Origin: Escherichia coli | Lineage (GTDB): Bacteria; Pseudomonadota; Gammaproteobacteria; Enterobacterales; Enterobacteriaceae | NCBI RefSeq assembly: GCF_036507355.1 | Contig: NZ_AP027877.1 | Reading direction: 5' to 3' (one strand) | DNA length: 64,000 bases | Shown here: positions 55,887 to 64,000 of the stretch, piece after piece | Layout of the letters: each line of letters begins with the position of its first letter | Position numbering within the stretch: the first letter of the stretch is position 1 | Position numbers and translations under genes: made by a program | Notes under the pieces: model-generated | What the model saw: the letters and a program-made list of their open reading frames with translations, nothing else | Databases searched by the model: none | What the model was told of the DNA's origin: nothing

Positions 55887-56000
55887 CAAAAAACCTGCTC
55901 CGGCAGGTTTTTTTGTGTCCTGATGACGGTGGATGTGACTATCGCTGAAGATGTGAAGCCGCTACTATAACGGCTTTCAAAATGCTATCAGGAGTTTACG

Positions 56001-56252
56001 ATGTCCCAGCCGCTGAATGCCGATCAGGAACTGGTTTCTGATGTGGTTGCTTGCCAGTTGGTTATCAAACAAATTCTGGATGTTCTCGATGTAATCGCGC
56101 CCGTTGAAGTTCGCGAAAAAATGTCCAGCCAGCTGAAGAATATCGACTTTACTAACCATCCCGCCGCCGCAGACCCGGTCACCATGCGGGCAATCCAAAA
56201 AGCCATCGCGCTGATTGAACTCAAGTTTACCCCACAGGGCGAATCCCATTAA
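56001..56252 (+). CDS. yecJ: Small protein YecJ
   Basis: 83-aa ORF, conserved neighbour of ftnB. Confidence 0.75.
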
Positions 56253-56330
56253 AAAACCGCTGCTTCAAAAAGATGAGGCAGCGGTTTCTCAAAAACTTCA
56301 TCGGCGCAATGCATTAGCGCCGATGTATGA

Positions 56331-56834
56331 TCAATGCAGCTGGTGTGACACGACATTCAGAACATGTTGGTCGGTCTGCACTGGGCACATACCAGCAAGT
56401 TTCGCACTGCGCACTTCATCAAGAATGGTTTGCAGCAACAGGCCATCATGCTGCTGTTCTTTTTCCAGATCGCGCAGGAAATTGACGGTTGAATCATCAT
56501 TCAGTTCTTTCGCTTCATCGGCTAACTGCGCCAGCGTGCTTGAACGTTGCTCGTATTCTTCCATCGTTTTTTGGAACAGTTCTTCCAGAGAGTTCAGTTT
56601 TTCACCGGGAACATCAATGGCTTTAACGATGGGGGTAGCGCCGACACTCTTCATAAAGTTAAACATGCGCATCATTTGGGTCACATTACTCTGTGCCTGG
56701 GCGCGAAGGAAAGTGGCGGTGCCGTTCAGACTCTGTTCAGAACACCAGTTACTCAGGTGAAGGTAGAGATTGGATGCGTAAAACTCGCGGTTCATTTGAG
56801 AGTTGAGTTTGAGAAGCATTCCAGCGGTTGCCAT
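56331..56834 (-). CDS. ftnB: Ferritin-like protein FtnB
   Basis: 167-aa ferritin-fold ORF. Confidence 0.88.
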   Translation of the reverse strand: MATAGMLLKLNSQMNREFYASNLYLHLSNWCSEQSLNGTATFLRAQAQSNVTQMMRMFNFMKSVGATPIVKAIDVPGEKLNSLEELFQKTMEEYEQRSSTLAQLADEAKELNDDSTVNFLRDLEKEQQHDGLLLQTILDEVRSAKLAGMCPVQTDQHVLNVVSHQLH

Positions 56835-57630
56835 ACCTAATATCCTTATATCCAGAAGTGGAGAGGTGCAAGATAAATCAAAACACCATAATTACTGTTT
56901 GCAGAATAATTCCTTTCTGCCGGTCCGAAATGTGATCGTGGAGTCAATTCTGACGATGCTCTGAAATAAGAATAACGTCTGAACGGGTATAAGAAAATGC
57001 TTAAATCATCAAGTTTATATATTTTTACATTTCATTGATGAAATCAATGTAACTGCAATGAATTTTAATGATAGTGCTTTTTGTATCTTGTTGATATTAA
57101 TCGATGAATTTGAATTCATGATGAAGTGATGATTTTATAAAACGTTTTTTCATTTTTGCGAGATGGCTCTCATTATACGTGTTCTGTTAATTAATGAGCA
57201 CAGTGATAATTAATGGCGAAATGAATGACGCGCATTTTCCACATCTTTGAGTTGTGGTTATTACACCATTTCAAAAACTCAACGCCAGGTAATGCGGCCT
57301 ATTGACTGGTTAAAAAGAAGACATCCCGCATGGGTACCAAAGACAACAAGGATTTCCAGGCTAATCTTATGGATTAATCTGCTGTGCATTCGACAATTTG
57401 TCTGACAAATTGGCTTTCCCTTATGTCTTTTCCCGCTAAATTTATGCACGTTCTCACTGTAATTCTGCGATGTGATATTGCTCTCCTATGGAGAATTAAT
57501 TTCTCGCTAAAACTATGTCAACACAGTCACTTATCTTTTAGTTAAAAGGTAATGCTTTGTTTTCCGATTAATTTAACGAATGTCATTCGTTTTTGCCCTA
57601 CACAAAACGACACTAAAGCTGGAGAGAACC

Positions 57631-58620
57631 ATGCACAAATTTACTAAAGCCCTGGCAGCCATTGGTCTGGCAGCCGTTATGTCACAATCCGCTATGGCGG
57701 AGAACCTGAAGCTCGGCTTTCTGGTGAAGCAACCGGAAGAGCCGTGGTTCCAGACCGAATGGAAGTTTGCCGATAAAGCCGGGAAGGATTTAGGATTTGA
57801 GGTTATTAAGATTGCCGTGCCGGATGGCGAAAAAACATTGAACGCGATCGACAGCCTGGCCGCCAGTGGCGCAAAAGGTTTCGTTATTTGTACTCCGGAC
57901 CCGAAACTCGGCTCTGCCATCGTGGCGAAAGCGCGTGGCTACGATATGAAAGTCATTGCCGTGGATGACCAGTTTGTTAACGCCAAAGGTAAGCCAATGG
58001 ATACCGTTCCTCTGGTGATGATGGCGGCGACCAAAATTGGCGAACGTCAGGGCCAGGAACTGTATAAAGAGATGCAGAAACGTGGCTGGGATGTCAAAGA
58101 AAGCGCGGTGATGGCGATTACCTCCAACGAACTGGATACGGCTCGTCGCCGTACTACGGGTTCTATGGATGCGCTGAAAGCTGCAGGATTCCCGGAAAAA
58201 CAAATTTATCAGGTACCTACCAAATCTAACGACATCCCCGGGGCATTTGACGCTGCCAACTCAATGCTGGTTCAACATCCGGAAGTTAAACATTGGCTGA
58301 TCGTCGGTATGAACGACAGCACCGTGCTGGGCGGCGTACGCGCGACGGAAGGTCAGGGCTTTAAAGCGGCCGATATCATCGGTATCGGTATTAACGGTGT
58401 GGATGCGGTGAGCGAACTGTCTAAGGCACAGGCAACCGGCTTCTACGGTTCCCTGTTGCCAAGCCCGGACGTACATGGTTATAAGTCCAGCGAAATGCTT
58501 TACAACTGGGTAGCAAAAGGTGTTGAACCGACCAAATTCACCGAAGTTACCGACGTGGTGCTGATCACGCGTGACAACTTTAAAGAAGAACTGGAGAAAA
58601 AAGGTTTAGGCGGTAAGTAA
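57631..58620 (+). CDS. araF: L-arabinose-binding periplasmic protein AraF
   Basis: Product begins MHKFTKALAAIGLAAVMSQSAMA; GGAGAG RBS before ATG 57631. Confidence 0.92.
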   Translation: MHKFTKALAAIGLAAVMSQSAMAENLKLGFLVKQPEEPWFQTEWKFADKAGKDLGFEVIKIAVPDGEKTLNAIDSLAASGAKGFVICTPDPKLGSAIVAKARGYDMKVIAVDDQFVNAKGKPMDTVPLVMMAATKIGERQGQELYKEMQKRGWDVKESAVMAITSNELDTARRRTTGSMDALKAAGFPEKQIYQVPTKSNDIPGAFDAANSMLVQHPEVKHWLIVGMNDSTVLGGVRATEGQGFKAADIIGIGINGVDAVSELSKAQATGFYGSLLPSPDVHGYKSSEMLYNWVAKGVEPTKFTEVTDVVLITRDNFKEELEKKGLGGK

Positions 58621-58689
58621 TTTGCCGGAAAAATTCCCCTCTGCATGATGCAGAGGGGGTGTGAACGACCAGTGATTCACGGAGACGTT

Positions 58690-60204
58690 ATGCAACAGTC
58701 TACCCCGTATCTCTCATTTCGCGGCATCGGTAAAACGTTTCCCGGCGTTAAGGCGCTGACGGATATTAGTTTTGACTGCTATGCCGGTCAGGTTCATGCG
58801 TTGATGGGTGAAAATGGCGCAGGAAAATCAACTCTCTTAAAAATCCTCAGCGGCAACTATGCGCCAACCACGGGTTCTGTAGTGATTAATGGGCAGGAAA
58901 TGTCCTTTTCCGACACGACCGCAGCACTTAACGCGGGTGTGGCGATTATTTACCAGGAACTGCATCTCGTGCCGGAAATGACCGTCGCGGAAAACATCTA
59001 TCTCGGCCAGCTGCCGCATAAAGGCGGCATTGTGAATCGCTCATTGCTGAATTATGAGGCGGGTTTACAACTTAAACATCTTGGTATGGATATTGACCCG
59101 GACACGCCGCTGAAATATCTCTCCATTGGTCAGTGGCAGATGGTTGAAATCGCCAAGGCGCTGGCGCGTAACGCTAAAATTATCGCCTTTGATGAGCCAA
59201 CCAGCTCCCTTTCTGCCCGCGAAATCGACAATCTTTTCCGCGTTATTCGTGAACTGCGAAAAGAGGGGCGGGTGATCTTATACGTTTCTCACCGTATGGA
59301 AGAAATATTTGCCCTCAGCGATGCCATCACTGTCTTTAAAGATGGACGTTATGTCAAAACCTTTACCGATATGCAGCAGGTTGACCACGACGCGCTGGTG
59401 CAGGCGATGGTCGGGCGCGACATTGGCGATATCTACGGCTGGCAACCGCGTAGTTATGGCGAGGAGCGCCTGCGTCTTGATGCTGTGAAAGCACCAGGCG
59501 TGCGTACGCCAATAAGTCTGGCGGTTCGCAGTGGTGAAATTGTTGGGCTGTTTGGTCTGGTAGGGGCGGGGCGTAGCGAATTAATGAAAGGCATGTTTGG
59601 CGGGACGCAAATCACCGCCGGTCAGGTTTATATCGACCAACAGCCGATCGATATTCGTAAACCGAGCCACGCCATTGCCGCAGGCATGATGCTCTGCCCG
59701 GAAGATCGCAAAGCGGAAGGCATTATTCCCGTGCACTCCGTTCGCGACAATATCAACATCAGTGCCAGACGTAAACATGTGCTCGGCGGTTGTGTAATCA
59801 ACAACGGTTGGGAAGAAAACAATGCCGATCACCACATTCGTTCGCTCAACATCAAAACGCCGGGCGCGGAGCAACTGATCATGAATCTCTCAGGCGGAAA
59901 TCAGCAAAAAGCCATTCTGGGCCGCTGGTTATCGGAAGAGATGAAGGTCATTTTGCTGGATGAACCTACGCGCGGCATTGATGTTGGCGCTAAGCACGAA
60001 ATATATAACGTAATTTATGCGCTGGCGGCGCAGGGTGTGGCGGTGCTGTTTGCCTCCAGCGACTTACCTGAAGTCCTCGGCGTTGCCGACCGGATTGTGG
60101 TGATGCGGGAAGGTGAAATCGCCGGTGAATTGTTACACGAGCAGGCAGATGAGCGTCAGGCACTGAGCCTTGCGATGCCTAAAGTCAGCCAGGCAGTTGC
60201 CTGA
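58690..60204 (+). CDS. araG: Arabinose ABC transporter ATP-binding protein AraG
   Basis: Product begins [23 protein letters not shown]; two ABC domains (GENGAGKST; LSGGNQQK). Confidence 0.92.
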
Positions 60205-60215
60205 GTAAGGAGAGT

Positions 60216-63571
<3,356 letters not shown>

Positions 63572-63577
63572 GAGCGG

Positions 63578-64000
63578 TTAATCTCCCGTAAGTGGAACTA
63601 ACAGCACATCGACCTCACTTGAGGCAATCACTCTTTTCGCCGAGCAGGATGCTCGCGAAAAGAAACTGTGATTGTGATTACCGCAAATCACCAAATCGAA
63701 ATGATATTTGCGACAAACTTCCAGAATATGTTCGCTTAACTCACCGTAGGCAATAAACGTCTTGTCAACGGGATACCCCGCATCCTGAATTAACTTATCA
63801 AGAAAGCTTTGCGTTTCTTCCTGCATCACGCTGCGTAAATCTTCAAGCATCGGCGCAGCTAATTGATTGTACATTTCCGGGTCGGAAGCGAGAGTAATTA
63901 AACTGATGTGTCCCTTTACTGGCCTGGCGATAGATACCGCTTTTGCCAGCAGTTGCTGACTTTCCGGTGTAACCGCAACAGCGACAAGAATATTGCTATA
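63578..64000 (-). CDS. uspC: Universal stress protein UspC, C-terminal part (start lies beyond the window end)
   Basis: Minus-strand frame open to the window edge; ...MYNQLAAPMLEDLRSVMQEETQSFLDKLIQDAGYPVDKTFIAYGELSEHILEVCRKYHFDLVICGNHNH... matches UspC. Confidence 0.8.
   Translation of the reverse strand, partial: YSNILVAVAVTPESQQLLAKAVSIARPVKGHISLITLASDPEMYNQLAAPMLEDLRSVMQEETQSFLDKLIQDAGYPVDKTFIAYGELSEHILEVCRKYHFDLVICGNHNHSFFSRASCSAKRVIASSEVDVLLVPLTGD

Noticed and set aside
56840-57630. Long non-coding AT-rich interval upstream of araF as a possible missing gene (for example yecT)
   Set aside because: No ORF of meaningful length on either strand; consistent with an extended araFGH regulatory region, and I cannot show a gene remnant without a homology search.

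Overview
Escherichia coli-type chromosomal window covering the flagellar region III/II neighbourhood through to the ara/ots loci, interrupted by a ~26 kb integrative element at tRNA-Leu(UAA) leuZ. Backbone, in + orientation: fliH'-fliG-fliF (-), fliE (+), an IS3-family and an IS30-family insertion, yedL-yedK-yedF-yedE (-), yedD, amyA, fliT-fliS-fliD (-), fliC, fliA-fliZ-tcyJ-dcyD-tcyL-tcyN, sdiA, yecF, uvrY-uvrC, pgsA, tRNA-Gly/Cys/Leu, then after the island yecA, tyrP, yecH, ftnA, yecR, azuC, yecJ, ftnB, araFGH, otsBA and the 3' part of uspC. The island (about 25731-52022) sits between leuZ and yecA, is bounded by imperfect ~130 bp direct repeats that duplicate the 3' half of tRNA-Leu plus its terminator, and has the hallmarks of a pipolin: an 887-aa family-B DNA polymerase with the KTRG variant motif of primer-independent PolB (piPolB), two tyrosine recombinases, an AlpA-like excisionase/regulator and a UDG-like gene that appears frameshifted. 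Its cargo is a defence island: a type I R-M operon (hsdM-hsdS-hsdR) with a YecA-like SEC-C protein nested between hsdS and hsdR and an M48/HExxH peptidase after hsdR, a GmrSD-like DUF262/DUF1524 nuclease, a PD-(D/E)xK protein, and a zinc-ribbon-Mrr-like nuclease. It also holds an IS1 copy and several AT-rich orphan genes of unknown function. All calls rest on reading the supplied ORF translations and the DNA by eye; no database search or computation was run.
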